DNA from: Aulosira sp. ZfuVER01
GTDB taxonomy: Bacteria > Cyanobacteriota > Cyanobacteriia > Cyanobacteriales > Nostocaceae
Direction of reading: 5' to 3'
DNA: 64,000 nucleotides
Assembly: GCA_034530615.2 (NCBI GenBank)
Contig: JAVRCV020000051.1
Location: forward strand, 80,803 to 144,802
The notes under the pieces are model-generated. The model saw nothing but the letters and a program-made list of their open reading frames with translations, was not told the origin of the DNA and searched no databases. Made by a program: the position numbers and the translations under genes. Shown here piece by piece: positions 63,748 through 64,000 of the stretch (its first letter is position 1; every line of letters begins with the position of its first letter).

Positions 63748-64000
63748 TCACTCGTCAACCAAGCTCCAATACTCGTCAACCAAGCTCCAATACTGGTTAA
63801 TCAAGCGCAAATACTGGTTAATCAAGCTCAGATACTGGTTAATCAAGCTCAGATACTCGTTAATCAAGCTCAGATACTCGTTAACCAAGCTCAAAGACTC
63901 GTTAACCAAGCTCAAAGACTCGTTAACCAAGCTCAAAGACTCGTCAACCAAGCTCAGATACTCGTTAATCAAGCTCAAATACTGGTTAATCAAGCGCAAA
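63748..64000. repeat. 21-bp tandem repeat array (about 12 units, continues beyond window)
   Basis: Unit approximates ATACTSGTYAAYCAAGCKCMR; minus frame reads (L/W)SL(I/V)(N/D)(Q/E)(Y/S) heptads ending in TGA at 63748. Confidence 0.9.

Noticed and set aside
63748..64000. CRISPR array
   Set aside because: Units are contiguous with no unique spacers, and no cas genes are in the window.

Overview
Chromosomal segment from a cyanobacterium, most likely a filamentous Nostocales-type strain. This is inferred from abundant HIP1 (GCGATCGC), STRR-like heptamers, MITE-like elements, xisH/xisI and pentapeptide-repeat genes. Housekeeping genes (PP2C, ABC1 kinase, acnB, ferredoxin, purN, liv-type ABC transporter, glk) are interleaved with accessory modules. 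These include a MerR-controlled copper efflux unit with three operators, a PEP-CTERM gene followed by an HTH-AAA gene, and an AT-rich islet (vapBC between two identical 34-bp HIP1-tipped hairpins, a NucS-like nuclease, xisI and a nonsense-mutated xisH). Further modules are a CheB-CheR hybrid kinase locus with an E/Q-rich helical mini-protein and a CheB-GAF lacking its catalytic Asp, a persulfide dioxygenase-rhodanese-TauE operon, three tandem pentapeptide paralogs, a SelD fusion followed by GT87/DedA/GT2, and a flavin monooxygenase/Rieske oxygenase pair. A 21-bp tandem array runs off the right end. No rRNA, tRNA, CRISPR array or intact transposase was recognised. All family calls rest on motif recognition by eye; no database search was run.
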